Below are positions 38,780 through 53,149 of a DNA stretch of 64,000 nt, piece by piece; within the stretch, counting starts at the first letter, position 1; the number at the start of each line of letters is the position of its first letter. A program made the position numbers and the translations under genes. Source of the stretch: Octopus vulgaris (Eukaryota). Where the stretch lies: contig OX597826.1 in the NCBI GenBank assembly GCA_951406725.2, positions 81,158,001-81,222,000 on the forward strand, written 5' to 3'. A model generated the notes under the pieces. The model was not told the DNA's origin. It was given only the letters and a program-made list of their open reading frames with translations, and ran no database searches.

Positions 38780-39132
38780 AGGGTAAAGGGTAAAGACTCC
38801 CTTTGGTCATAAATGACCATGGGTATGCACCTAGAAACTTCCTCTCCGAGGCGCAAGTCCGGGCAAGGTTGTTTATGGAAGACCAGTAGTCGCCCATGCA
38901 TACCAGACTCCCTTCTCCACACCATTGATGTTATCCAAGGGAAAGGCAAAGGGGCTGATGCGGCTTGGCACCTGTGATGTCGCAACTCATTTCCACAGCT
39001 GAGTGAACTGGAGCAACGTGAAATAAAGTGTCTTGCTCAAGAACACAACACACAGCCCGGTCCAGGAATCGAACTCACTACCTCATGATTATAAACCCAA
39101 TGCTCTAACCACTGAGCCATGCACCTTCACAC
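38780..39132 (-). mobile_element. tRNA-derived SINE family C
   Basis: Minus head gcatggctcagtggttagagc...gagttcgattcc (A and B boxes); partial duplicate at 38650-38770; related head at about 55140-55275. Confidence 0.75.
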
Positions 39133-39399
39133 AATCACTGGTATAGCAATTGTATATTGATCATCTTGAGACTCTTGAAGATACTGGCCAAAAGGAGCCA
39201 CGCAATGGCATAGAACCCAAAACAGCAAGGTTAGAAAGCAAATTCCATGCCAATACAGCCATGGTTACCTGAATAGCCATACGGGCATCTTTTCAGCAAG
39301 GAAATATTGTGTTCAGTTCAAATTACTTTTTAATATTACCATATTGAACGATTTACAGCAAATTTTGTTTTTCTATTTACGAAAATATTTCTTCGGATT

Positions 39400-39499
39400 C
39401 TGTTACTTCCGCCCAGAATCTACCAAAATCATTTCCAGCAAAGAACTTTCTCTCGTCTTAATCGAATTTATCCAAGAAATTATAAAGCTACAAGGAAAA
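39400..39499 (+). promoter_or_regulatory. Candidate promoter and non-coding first exon of the avidin-like gene
   Basis: Unique, relatively CpG-retaining region with acttccgccc and a consensus donor aa|gtaagt at 39500; the ATG exon has an upstream acceptor at 45064, implying a 5' UTR exon. Confidence 0.3.
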
Positions 39500-42400
39500 G
39501 TAAGTATTTATAGTGTTTAAATGGATATAAAATATTTTGAGGACGGATCTTCGGAATAACTCTTTGGGCCAATGAAAAGAGCAAAGAATTGGGAAGGTTT
39601 TTTTCTTCGTCATTTCAATATTTTACGATTCTCCACCAAAATTTCGATCAGAATCAGAATTTCCTTTCTATCAAACACAGAAATACTAGGAAAAAGTGCG
39701 CTGGCTTTCGAAATAGCTGTCGCAAATAAAAGGGAATTGCTCAGAGATTTCTTTTTTTTAGTATTTTTCACCATTTTATAGAATCTCACTTGGCAAAACA
39801 AGATATTAATCGCCTTCTTAAAAAACGAAAAAAGAAAAGAAATTGAGTATCTTTGCTTCTTTGGAAATGTCTCAGTCTCTCTGTCCCTCTCAGTTACGCC
39901 TTCTGAATAACTGCCACGATTCACAGGAATTAATTTTCTTCCCAATTTCCCGTCTCTTCTGAAATATTTAAAATTCACATTAGAAATAATATAAAATAAC
40001 AAAAACTACCAAATGCACCTCACACTTCATCGCACCTTTCACGATCTGTTGTCTATACTCAAGTAGAAGCCGATCCCCTATTTTGGGCAAAAACTTGGTA
40101 ATTTTCCATGGATCCTGTATAAAAGTTGACCCTAGTATTTGACGAGTAACATTTGTGGGTCCAGATGCAGTATAATCCTGTACGTAGAAGTAACTTTTTG
40201 TTTCATTTCTACTGTAGGCACAGGGCCCGGAATTTTTTGGGTGGGTGTCAGTCGATTAGATCGAACAAGTACGCAACTGGTATTTAATTTATCGACCCCG
40301 AAAGGATGAGAGGCAAAGTGGACCTCGGCGGAATTTGAACGTAGGACATAAAGACAGATGAAATGCCTATTTCTTTACTACCCACAAGGGGCTAAACACA
40401 GAGGGGACAAACAAGGACAGACGAATGGATTAAGTCAATTATATCGACACCAGTGCATAACTGGTACTTATTTAATCGACCCCGAAAGGATGAAAGGCAA
40501 AGTCGACCTCGGCGGAATTTGAACTCAGAATGTAAAGACAAATGAAATACTACTAAGCATTTCTCCCAGCATGCTAACATTTCTGCCAGCTCACTGCCTT
40601 TTAAAATTTACAACCCATGCCAGCATGGAAAACAGACGTTAAACGATGACAATGACGATGACGACAACGACGAGGAGGAGGAGGAGGAGGAAATTGCTTA
40701 TACTTCTACAATGCACAAAATATTCTTTTCTACTCAAGGCACAAAGCCCAAAGCTTTTGGAGAGGGGCCAGTCGATTTGATCAACCCCAGTACATAACTG
40801 GTACTTAATTTATTGAAACTAAAAGGATGAAAGGCAAAGTCAACCTCAGCTGAATTTGAACTCAGACTGTAAAGACAGACCAAATACTGTTAAGCATTTT
40901 GCCTGCTGTGCTAACAGTTCTGCCAGCTGGCCGCCTTTGGGACTATGTTTATGTGTAATGTTGAATATTGCATCAAATTTAAAGCATTTGGTCATGTATG
41001 GAGGTTCCAGCATCATAGCAAGAGTCTGTTGAATATTTGTTGTAAGTAGTGAGATTCAGTGTAATAGAATCCCCCCCCCCTGGTTTATGACGGAGGTTGT
41101 ATAAACCTTTAACAAACAAGTTCTTTACAGCAGAAAATAGGGCTTGAAGATAATTGGTATTTGTTCATCCCTCCATCTTCTCTTCCCTCTATTCCTAGGA
41201 GTGTCATTGGGGACAGAATCTTCACACCATAAGGTCCTATTGAAAGCAACCACCATTACACTTTCCAGCCGGATTTACAAGTGTAACCAACTGAGGATAT
41301 TATCCAAACATCTCATTCTTGATCTAGTCTTCGGTCTCTTGCCAGTTAGCTTGGCTTGAAGAATCTGGCTTGCGATTCTTTCCTGCGATATTTTAATCAC
41401 ATGTCCGTTATTTCTCAATGGGAAAAAGTAGTGCATTGACCTGGGGAGAGTCCCTGATCTCTGAGCTTTGCACCTTTATTGAGTAACACCAATCCTGAGA
41501 TCCTTTGGAGGAACTCCGTTTGCTTGCATGACAAATATATAGCAAAAATAAGACCCCTGAAAAAATGACACCTGCCATTGTCGAGGAGACCTTTTGAGTG
41601 AAATACATCAACCTCAAATGAAATCAAATCACAATCAAATGGAAATTGTAGTTGTGGTCCCCGTGCCAGTGGCACATAAAAAGCATCATCCGAATGAGGT
41701 CGATGCCAGCCCCCTCGCCCCCAAGTTTTCATTTTTTCCCCCAATTTAATACTGAGTTGAGCAGAGTTTAGCAGTGGTGAAAGTATGTTGCAATGATATT
41801 AATTGGATCATGTTTATTTGCAATATATTCTGAACATGTTGCATCGTGTTTATTGCTACATGTGTTTATGAGTGAAATGCAATGTGACAGCACAGCTATG
41901 TTACTACACCCAGCTGTCTTCCAACCAATTTCTGGTAATAAATAAAGGTAGACAAGGTGAACTCAATAAAAGTAAGCTGATCAGGATTTCTCCTGGATTT
42001 ATTAGGTTATGGCTTACAACCAACGACGACAGACTGGCAACGCTGTTCTGATTTGAAAACAAAAATTTATTTCAAGGTTACAGCCAGCAGTAAATTGTTA
42101 ATTGGCAAAGTCTTAGACCAAAAGAACAATATACATTTTATTGTGAGAACTATAGGTAAATAGAAATATCATTTTGTATTCTCTTGTCTATATCTGTTGG
42201 TGTGTATGTGTGTGTGTGTTTGTTTGTCTGTGAGCGTGGGCATATTTTTATGGTTTCATATATCGACCAAAGAAATCAATTTCCTCTAGGTTACAAGATC
42301 TTCGTATTTCTTCTATTTCTTTAAATTTCAATGTCTTATAAGGTAAATGTTTTATAAAATGAGTTTCAGAGTTTCTTTTGTGGTTTCAACTTTATTTGAC

Positions 42401-42731
42401 CCGCAAAACCTCTCTCAGAAACATTTCAGAAATTTCTAGTCTCTATGTCTCACAGAAACTGACTAGAAAATGTAATAAGCCATTTCAGTCAATAAATCTT
42501 ATAGAAAGATTTTAAAATAGTTCAGTCTGTTTATTATCATTTTTAATTAATAGAAGAGGCAATAATGGCTGTGTAATTGAGAGGTTTGGGTTCAGTCCCA
42601 CTCTATGGCACCATGGATAGGTGTCTTCTGCTACAGTATGGGACAAGCAAGTGGATTTGATGTGGCTGGAAACTAAAAGAAGCTTGTCATATCTATTTTT
42701 CTATCTATCTATCTATCTATCTATCTGTCTG

Positions 42732-42762
<31 letters not shown>

Positions 42763-42783
42763 GTCTATCTATCTATCTATCTG

Positions 42784-42827
<44 letters not shown>

Positions 42828-43140
42828 GCTATCTGTCTGTCTGTCTGTCTGTCTATCTATCAATCTATCAGTCTATCTGTCTATCTATCAGTCTATCTAT
42901 ATATCTATCTGTCTATCTGTCTGTCTATCAGTTTGTCTATTTATCTGTATGTCACTCTGTCTGTCAGCGTGTCTACCTTTGTGTGTGTGTGTGTGTGTGA
43001 TCCCAATCGCACTTCTCCATAAATCACTAAACTCCAAAAAGTGATGCATTTACCTTTTTCTTACCTGTCAACAAATAACCAATTACTTTCGCACCTTCTG
43101 AGATATATGCAACAAGAGATCACTTATCTTTCGAGTAAAA

Positions 43141-43316
43141 ATTATTTGCCAACATAACATGGCAGTCCTGGTTAGGATGAACGTTGCTGTAATTTAGCCC
43201 CAGGAGACATCGTTTCTAGCTGGTTATACGACATGATCTGGAGATGATGACTCCTGGGGCTAAATTACAGCAACGTTCATCCTAACCAGGACTGCCATGT
43301 TATGTTGGCAAATAAT
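43141..43316. repeat. Foldback element with perfect 66-bp arms
   Basis: 43141-43206 is the exact reverse complement of 43251-43316. Confidence 0.92.
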
Positions 43317-43885
43317 CTTTATTTTAGAGTCCTGTTGCTGAATATCCCTTGTTGGGAGAGTTACAAATAGTAATTTTCTATCACTTATCTTTATTTTGAA
43401 AGGAAGGATTAATGACAGGAAGGGTGTCCATCTGTAAAACTTTACCTCAATAATATATTCATCTAACCCATGCAAACATGGGAAAACAGATGTAAACCAA
43501 CAAAATTTTATGAACATTAGCATTATTGATTGCAGATCCCCAGAAGTCCAGTTACTTGTTCATTGAATTTGTGACATTGCAGAGTGACAAGGGAGTGTCT
43601 GTCTAACTGTGACAAGATAAATACCACAAGGTATGTTTTATTTATTTATTTAAATGTGTGGGCATCTTTGGCGGATGTATGCCTGCTAGGTTTCTACATA
43701 TATGTATATGCACATGCATATGTGTGTACACACAACCACATATATGAGTGTTTGTGTAGTTTTGCAGATGTAAATGTGTTGGCGATGAATTTGATGGCAA
43801 GAAAACTGATAAATGTGATTTGATTTGTTTTTGCTGAGAGCAAACAGAGACAAGTGGTAGTTTCATGTGCGAAAATATTGTGATT

Positions 43886-44118
43886 ATTGGGGTTGATGCA
43901 TAATTTATTTTGCAGCTTTTTTCAACAAATTTTATTCAACAAAAACATCTTTAAATGACGGTCTGACTGTCTGCCAAGCAAATGGGAAGCAGTAAATGAA
44001 GTAGATGGTGAATATGCTCCGGAATAATCATTTAAAGATGTTTTTGTTAAATATTGTTATTGTTTTTGTTGAATAAAATTTGTTGAAAAAAAGCCACAAA
44101 AATTACGCACCAACCTAA
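43886..44118. mobile_element. Mariner-derived MITE (second copy)
   Basis: Same TIRs and core as 24242-24491, inverted; TA flanks. Confidence 0.85.
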
Positions 44119-44583
44119 TACTTATGTATCTATGTGTGTGAGTGTATGTGTGTGTGCATGTGTGTTTGTGCATATGTGTGTGAATGTATGTGTGTGTGCA
44201 TATGTGCATGAGTGTATGTGTGTGCATGTATGTACATGTGTGTATGTCTGTGTAAGTGCATGTGTGTGTGCATATGTGTGTGAATGCATGTATGCACACA
44301 TGTATATGTGCATACATGTGTGTGCACGTGTGTGTGTGTGCATGTGCATGTGTGGGGTGGGGTGCATACCAGACAAAATGCATAACCACATTCCTACAGG
44401 CTTTACATTCTGAGTTCAAATGCTGCTCAGTGGTCGACCTTTTCACCCTTTTGGGCCCTATAATACAAAAACTAGTCAAGTCCTGGGGTTGATGTAATCA
44501 ACTAGGCCCCTCCCAGCAAAATTTCTGGTCTTATGCCTATAACAGAAAGGAATCTTCTTCTTCTTCTTCTTATCATTATTATT

Positions 44584-44646
<63 letters not shown>

Positions 44647-45072
44647 ATAATTATTATTATTATTGCTGTTGTTGTTGTTGTTATTATAATTAGTCCAAAG
44701 CTAGCATATGCAAGTTTAATTAGCAGCCAAATTATCTTCTTCGGGTCTCTTCAAAATGGAAGAATCTTTTTTTTAGGACTCTTGCAGAATATAGGATTGC
44801 ACTTCTATTCTGCAGGTCAACAATGCAAGTCTCAATTCCCGTATCCTTCAGTCTCTTAAGTAGCCAAGTGTTGTGCCAAGTGCACTGATTACCAATCATC
44901 ATCATCATTATCATCGTAAATGTCATCACTACCATCATCATCATCACTACCATCATCATCATCACTACCATCATCGTCATCACTACCGTCATCATCAGCA
45001 AGAGCTGCAGTAGCACTATTCTACACACCACCAACATTACCGTTTCTTCTTCTTTCATCAACAGACATCAAA

Positions 45073-45139
45073 ATGAGACTGTCAATTGCGTTCGTTCTCC
45101 TCTGCCTGTCTCTGTGTCAAGCAAAAAACATTTCTTCAG
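45073..45139 (+). CDS. Avidin-like gene 1, coding exon 1 (signal peptide MRLSIAFVLLCLSLCQA-KNISS)
   Basis: caaaATG context, hydrophobic core, CQA cleavage motif, donor G|gtaag (phase 1), upstream acceptor ctttcatcaacag. Confidence 0.85.
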
Positions 45140-45483
45140 GTAAGAAAACTTAACGCATTTTTTAATTACTTCAAACATATCTCATTCTTAATAATATAAC
45201 AGCTGACATGGAGTGAAGAATCCAGGCTTTTGAGCACAAGCGCTTCAAAAGGCTACAACACTTCCCATACATCGAGTACAAAAGGAACAGCTTCCTCAGG
45301 CATCAAGCCGACCAATACTCTGGCAGACAGGAACTGCTCCTTCTGCAGAAGAAAAGCTTGCCTGATACAGTCATGTATCCAGCCACAACTCCCTGTCTAA
45401 ATCTCTGACATCCCCAGCATGGCCATCACTCCTTCATCACCAACCCCACCATTTATACTAACAAAGCAATGTTTCTATTTCAG

Positions 45484-45609
45484 ATACTGGAGGAAATCTT
45501 GAAGGAAGCTGGTCAAGTGAAGAAAATCTGCTGCTTACTTTTAACCAAAGAAATAACTCTTTGAGTGCTACATTAACTATTTCATGTAGCCGTGGATACA
45601 ATTTGACAG
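45484..45609 (+). CDS. Avidin-like gene 1, exon 2 (DTGGNLEGSWSSEENLLLTFNQRNNSLSATLTISCSRGYNLT)
   Basis: tttctatttcag acceptor, G|gtaagt donor, 126 nt, phase 1-1, open; LEGSW motif. Confidence 0.85.
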
Positions 45610-45734
45610 GTAAGTTTTAAGACTCTTTAAGCTTGATCACAAGAGAAAGGAACCAGTCTGCTATTGTATTAATTCTGTAGAATTAGAAAGGTTTTTGGAG
45701 ATTATTGGCATCCCTCTTAAATCTGTCTTTTAAC

Positions 45735-46097
45735 CCTCTTTTACTTCTTTCAGTCATTTAGATTGTGGCCATGCTGGAGCACGACCTTGAAGAATTTTAG
45801 TCAAACACATCAATCCCAGGACTTGTTTTTAGACTTGGTGCTTATTCTATTGATGTCTTTTGCTGCACTGTTAAGTTACAGAGATGTAAACAAACCAACA
45901 CCAGCTGTCAAGTGGTGGTAGTGGTGAAGCAAATGCACACACACACACACACACACACACGTGATGGGCATTTTTTCATTTTTTGCCTACCAAATCAATT
46001 CACAAAGTTTTGGTCAGCCCAACATTATAGCAGTGGGACTGAACCTAGAACCATGTGGTTGGGAAGCAGCCTACTTACCACACAGTCCTGCCTCTGC
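45735..46097 (-). mobile_element. SINE family A (intronic)
   Basis: Reverse complement of SINE A. Confidence 0.8.
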
Positions 46098-46488
46098 CTT
46101 TCGTTAAAGTTACTGTCAATATTGATTTTTCCTGTAAAAACCTCATTCATATATTATAGTGTCAACTTTGTCGATGCTTATAGTAAAATCCATGTTAAGT
46201 TGAATAGTAAAATCCAATAAGTCAATTACATCAACCCCCAGTGCATAACTGGTACTTACTTCATCAACCCTGGAAAAACGAAAGGCAAAGTCAACCTCCG
46301 CAGAAATGAAGACTTGCTAATGCTCATAGCGAGGTTCTTGTTCATGTTTAAAGGCCAAGATCAAAATTTGTATGGAATATGCATGTTACTCAATTTAAGA
46401 AGTCTTCATCTAAATTACATTTTATTTTATATCTTCGATTTCATGAAGGGATTTATCTGGGGCTTTTTCCCCCCTTTTTCTTTTGTAG

Positions 46489-46557
46489 GTAACATTACCA
46501 ACAGCAATACATTTCATCTGTATGGAGCATTCAACACCACGGCCATAGCTGTCGCAG
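46489..46557 (+). CDS. Avidin-like gene 1, exon 3 (GNITNSNTFHLYGAFNTTAIAVA)
   Basis: Long pyrimidine tract plus tag acceptor, G|gtattt donor, 69 nt, phase 1-1, open. Confidence 0.82.
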
Positions 46558-46652
46558 GTATTTACCTTTTCATGAATATGTTTCTTATGAACTCTTTTAA
46601 TTTTGTTACACAAAATTATGAAGGAAGGAATTTTTTTGCATTTATTTTAGAA

Positions 46653-47042
46653 CTAGCAGTATCGCTCGGCATTGCTCAGGTTTGTTTTGACCCTTTAGAA
46701 TTGGAATTTTCGAAAAGTAAAGATTTTGCATTATGTAGCTTGTTATTCTCTTTAAGTGAACATTTTTCTGGTTGAAATACACTGAAAAATGGCAACACAG
46801 TAGTCAAAAAATCGTTGAAAATAGGGATTTTCATAGAAAAAAAAGCACCTTTTTGATGTAAATAATTTTTGGTCTTAACAAGGTCCGATTTAAATTTTTT
46901 CTTCTACAGAATGAAGAGCAAGCCTTCTTCTATCATACTTTCAATTTTGGTCAACTTGTGCTGCAGGGTCTCGGAGGAGATAGTGTTAGTTGAAGGCTAC
47001 CAACCTGCCATACACAGACAACTTCAGCTTTATATATATAGA
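46653..47042 (-). mobile_element. Non-autonomous Helitron
   Basis: Minus strand A|TCtatatatataaagctg... and ...cctgagcaatgccgagcgatactgCTAG|T (subterminal hairpin remnant, CTAG end, A/T target). Confidence 0.8.
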
Positions 47043-47471
47043 TAAATATTTTATTAGGATAGCATTTGTATGAAAACACCAGAGATAGTCTCAGAGAGGT
47101 TGGTATGAAAAGAGATAAATATTTTGCCATCTATGTCGTCAGACAGACAATTGAAGCCTGGTACAGCTCTCCTGCCTGCTGGCTCCTGTCAAACTGTCCA
47201 ACCCATGCCAGCATAGAAAAACAGACGTTAAATGCAGACAATGATGATGATGCTGATGATGTAGTCTGAGATATGCTTGTGAAAAACAAGCAGATTAGCA
47301 TGGATGATATGCATGCATTTTGACTCTATGTCTCCACAACAGGAGTTCACCTGGGGTTAAACAACAGCAAGCACACACATGTAGGCATGCTCATGTATAA
47401 CGATAGATATGTATGACATATGTATGCACGCATGCATGTATATGTATGCGTGTGTGTGTGTGTAATTATAT

Positions 47472-47940
<469 letters not shown>

Positions 47941-48798
47941 TTATATAGTGCAACTTAAATTTAAATTGTATGACAGGTAACCAGTATTAATTTCTCCATA
48001 TCTATTCCTGTATACCCAAAAGAAAAACAGCAAAGAGGACTCATAGACTCATAGTCCGAGTCTCCTTTGGTTGGATGCTATGGTTGGAAACGTCACAGAG
48101 TAAAAATAGAAAGCAAAACAGCAGACTTAGTTCATAAGATATTTAGTTGTGTCATCTTACATGCTTTTCATTAACAATAAAAAAAAATACCAGATATATA
48201 AGTAAAACCTTATAAGTAGGGTGCATTGTCAAATCTTCAGAGATTGAATAACTCATTAGTAACCTTTAACATTTATACTGGACTACTGACAGTGTTATAA
48301 TATCAACTATCAAATCGACTGTGTTAAATTATGTGAAAGAATTAGCTTATATACTTACAGGAAGGATGAAAGTATGTCTTATAGAATAGAAAAACAGTAT
48401 TTACGTGGCCAATGTTTCTATTAAAAGAAGTGATCTATAGCTAAAGCTATGAGGTTTCAGAGATCACAGCAAGGTATCCCTATGATCTATCATTCTTATA
48501 TGTTGTTTGGCTGCTAAATGTTGTCCAATCATGCTGCACATGTCGCAATCTCCACCCACTTCCACATAGCTAAGCAAAAGATAACAGCTTGACACCATCT
48601 TCCATTTTCTCCGAATGAAGAAAGGATGAAATATAGACGTATGGTAAAGTGCAAGTCGTTCTATCTTTGTTACTTCTGTTTTCACTCCAAACTTTTAATT
48701 TGCACTGGATAGCCTTCTGAACAATTTTAATTTTAATTTTAAGCATCACACAATGTTTCACTCAAACTACTACACAACACTTATGTGTGTGTGTGTGT

Positions 48799-48839
<41 letters not shown>

Positions 48840-48854
48840 AATAGGTACACATTC

Positions 48855-49255
48855 ATCATCATCATCATCATTATTGGTTAACGTCCGCTTTCCATGCTAG
48901 CATGGGTTGGATAGTTTGACCAGGGTCTGGGAAGCCCTTCCTAATGCCAACCACTCCGTGAGTGTATTGGGTGCTTTTTACGTGCCACCAGCACAGGTGC
49001 CAGGGGAGGCTAGCAATGGCCACGATCGGTTGGTGCTTTTTATGTGCCACCGGCTGGGGCTATGCGAAACTGGTGCAGGAAGCAGCCATGAACTCACATT
49101 ATTTGTCGGGTCTTCGCAGTCACAGCATATCTCCAAAGGTCTCGGTCTTTTGTCATTGCCTCTGTGAGGCTCAACGTTCGAAGGTCATGCTTGACTACCT
49201 CATCCCATGTCTTCCTGGGTCTACCTCTACCCCAGATTCCTTCAACTGTTTGGGA
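48855..49255 (-). mobile_element. RTE 3' fragment
   Basis: GRGRPRKTWDEVVKHDLRTL peptide plus terminal sequence. Confidence 0.88.
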
Positions 49256-50554
49256 GACATAAATCAAATCTTTTCTTTGTTTCTTCATTCCAGTTTATTC
49301 TTCAAGGTTGTTTTGCCATCTGTTTTCTTGTTATGCAATTCTATATTGATCAAAGGTTAAAACTTAATTCTTCAAGTTATTGTTTTTCACTCAAAGAAAA
49401 ACATGACACAATATGTAGGAATTTTTGATGGTTCTGAGAATTCTTGAAACAAATAAAATAACTGATTATTTTACTTTTATTTTTTTACTAAAAGAAATTT
49501 TAATATTAATTTCTTCTTCTACCACTTTAGTATAAATCTCAATTTTCAGTAAGTTTCAAGAAAGTAATTAATTAAATTTTAAGTCACATGACAGGCTCTT
49601 ATAACAACTGAAAATTCTGTGAAATAAATTGAATTCTCCAATAACCATGATTGATACAAGATGTTTTCTGCTTTTCAGATTTCAACAACAAAGTAGTCTC
49701 AGCATCTTGGTTTTATTGTTGTTGTTTTGATTGTTGTATTGCTCTTTATTTTTAACAGAATACGTGATATTTACTACAGAACATTCAACCAGATTTTTTT
49801 TGTTTACTATAGAAATGGTTGTCATTTAACACTTGAATTTCAACAACAATTTAAAATGTTATCTCCAAAATCATTTTTATTTCATGTTTGTAACTAGAGG
49901 ATTGTATTGTTATTTATTCTTAGCAGAATACACAATATTTATCAAGGTGCTGACGGCCAAATTTTATCAATGGAAATTAGTTCTTTTTTTTTTTTTGATA
50001 GTTTAGACAAAGGCTTTTAAATATTATAGAGTGTTATTTTTTTTCCTTATAGAAACCATATTTCCTTAAATTACATCTTTTCATCTTGAATATATATTGG
50101 GTACCTAAGAATACCTCAGATAAATGTTTTACTAGATAAAAGACTGTTTAGCCACTGTTGGAATGGCTTTGATCATTGACCTGTTCAGAGCTCACCTGGG
50201 GCTACACAGCAATAACAACTAATATTTACTATGTCGAATTGTTGCTATTGTTTAGCCCAAGTCAGCACTGATGGAGCAGACCTGTGATCAAAAGTAGTCC
50301 AACCCTGGCCATCTTGTCTCCATTGCATTATCTAATGTGTCCTTTTCTTATTCAAGAAGGAAGGATGTAATTTAAAAAAAGTTTGGCTGATATTTCTAGC
50401 ACATTGAGCAAACCCATAGAGGCTTCATCACTGGCTTGCCTTGCTTGTAGTTGAGCTCATGTCAGATCTGATCAAAGATGTTCCATTCATGACCATCCTG
50501 TTCTATTTTCAGTCATACTGATAGATCCTCTGCTGGTTTTAACAATCTTCATTC

Positions 50555-50950
50555 ATTCTTTTACTGGTTTCAGTCATATAGACTGTGGCCATGCTGGGGC
50601 ACCACCTTGAAGACTTTTAGTCAAGTACATCAACCTCAGTACCATTTTTTTTAAAGCCTGGTAATTACTGTATTGGTCTCTTTTGCTGAATCACTAAGTT
50701 ATGGGGACGTAAACACACCAACACTGGTTGTCAAGCAACAGTGTGGGACAGATATGCACACACGCATGCACACACACACACATACACACAATGGGCTTCT
50801 TTCAGTTTCCGTCAATCAAATCCACTCATAAGGCTTTGGTTGACCTAAAGCTATAGTAGGAGACACTTGCCCAAAGTGCCATGCAGTGGGACTGAACTCG
50901 GAACTATGTGGTTCAGAAACAAACTTCTTACCACACAGCCACACCTGCCT
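50555..50950 (-). mobile_element. SINE family A
   Basis: Full head to tail on the minus strand. Confidence 0.85.
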
Positions 50951-52800
50951 CTATTTTGTTCAATCAACTAAGTATTTGCCAAATTAATGTATAAGTGGCT
51001 GTATATTCCACAGACCCTTGCAGCCTCAGCATAATTTCCCGGTTGAATCAGTATGATGCAGCCTAACAGAGTTGTACCTTTGAGTTACATAACCAATCCA
51101 TCTGGCAGGCTTCCATACAGTTTCCATCTGTCAAATTTCATGCTCAAGTCTTGGGTCAACATGAGGATATGTTCAATAAATTTCACCCAAGATGCTATGT
51201 TGTAGGATAAGGTGTGGGGCTTCGTGATTGCAAAGCAGACTCTTTAATTAATCGAACATAAATACCTGCATTTATTTGCAGAAAATCTAAAGCTTAAATT
51301 CTTTCTTGAAGATAGTGATAGGTTATAGGAGGAAGATTTGACTGGTCTTTCTAGCAATTAGAAAAATCACATTGGTTTACTGAGCCTGTTGTAGTTGTTG
51401 AATCCTAAGGTCAACCCTTATCAAGCTGACATGATAAAAGGTCTTTTGGCCACGACTATTTTTACTTTCAGCTACAAGTGTATCTAGGATGATATCATGC
51501 AATGTAACCTCCCCTTTTTTTTTTAAGATTACACTGAATTTTTAGAGGAGATTTAGTTGCTATTTCTAAAAGGTCAAACACCTTTGTAAAGCCTCTCTTA
51601 TTAACTCAGCTTCATTCTAGTTACAGCTTTTGTCAATAAAAATTAGTTTATTTTACAAAAGCAGTCAGTATTTGCAAATAAAAAGCATTTTTGGTAGTAA
51701 AAATCCAGGACAAAGTAGTTTTGGGTAATGCAGATCGATGGATTTACAGTTTTACTACAGACGAGGATATTGCAAACATTTCATTTCTTCTGTAAATATT
51801 CTTTTAATGCAAAATATTTAAATACTTGTACGAAATCGCATATTCGAATTCCCAGTTGAAACTTACTCTATTTATTCAAGTTCTATACAATCTTGAGTCT
51901 AATGAGACTACAACATTTTGTAGCTTGAGATGAGAGATACCGTTTATTGTTTTATCTAACATGACCCCTAGGTACATATATCATCATTTATATTTTAGAA
52001 ACACTGCCAGATCAGACTGGAGCCTGGTGCAGCCTTCTGGCTTCCCAGATCCCCAGTCGAACCGTCCAACCCATGCTAGCATGGAGAACGGACGTTAAAC
52101 GATGATGAAGATGATGATGATGATAATATTTTTAGGAAACATACCTCATATTGCCACAGAAGTTAAAACACATAAAACAAAAGTAAAAAATTAAAACATT
52201 GTTGTATGGAGAAGAAAAAGGTGTAATTCACCTACCTTGTGGGTCCTCTCAAAATATCGATCCTTTCCAGCCAGGATATATTCATGGGAGCCCTACCCAC
52301 CAAACCTCTGGTCAGAACCAAATGGCAAATTCCTCAACTCAAATGGCACACCACGTCTGTCCCAAATGACAAAGCAAAAGAGACCCACACTAGTTATCTT
52401 TCTGCTCACATGACCTCCCTTGCACCTCTTTATCTGGCAAGACCCCCTCGGTTGTTTGTGAAGCTAACTTCTCAGTCATGTAGCCATGGCTGCACTGGAA
52501 CCTACTATGGTGACCGAGAGAGTGGCAAAAGTGTTGAACAAGCTTTTGCTGCTTAAATCCAATGACATACAGATGTCTGACTTGTCATATCGTCTCTTGG
52601 TCTGTCTTGTATTTTATGAAATCCTCTTGTGATGGATGCGTGGCAACATATGCAGACTTGACAAGTTAGAATACCATGTAAATCATTGGTTGTCTTGAAA
52701 AGTCATATCTACGCACCTGCCAGAATGAAAGTAAATCAGAACAATCAGATAGAACGGGAGATGGCTATCAGCCGACAAAATGAAGCAAACATACATGCAT

Positions 52801-52837
<37 letters not shown>

Positions 52838-52989
52838 GATAGTATCGATATTTAAATATCGATCTTATCAAGTGGCCAGCATGGGAATAAATACCATACA
52901 AAGGTAGTAATTATTTAAAACTATAAATTAGGGTATCTGAGAGATACCACCATGCTGAAATAGTAGTCAAAACCCTAGCCACAGCACTA

Positions 52990-53032
<43 letters not shown>

Positions 53033-53053
53033 TATATATAGAGAGAGAGAGAG

Positions 53054-53140
<87 letters not shown>

Positions 53141-53149
53141 TACATGGTA

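Noticed and set aside
39572-40002. ORFs of 69 and 130 aa in the putative promoter region
   Set aside because: Non-descript composition, no recognisable motifs and no splice support.
49679-49950. Several acceptor-like sites in intron 3 of the avidin-like gene
   Set aside because: No matching phase-1 donors, and exons 3 and 4 already join into a complete barrel.
51647-51970. Coding-looking frame (LVVKIQDKVVLGNADRWIYSF...)
   Set aside because: Three in-frame stops, weak acceptor and no recognisable homology.
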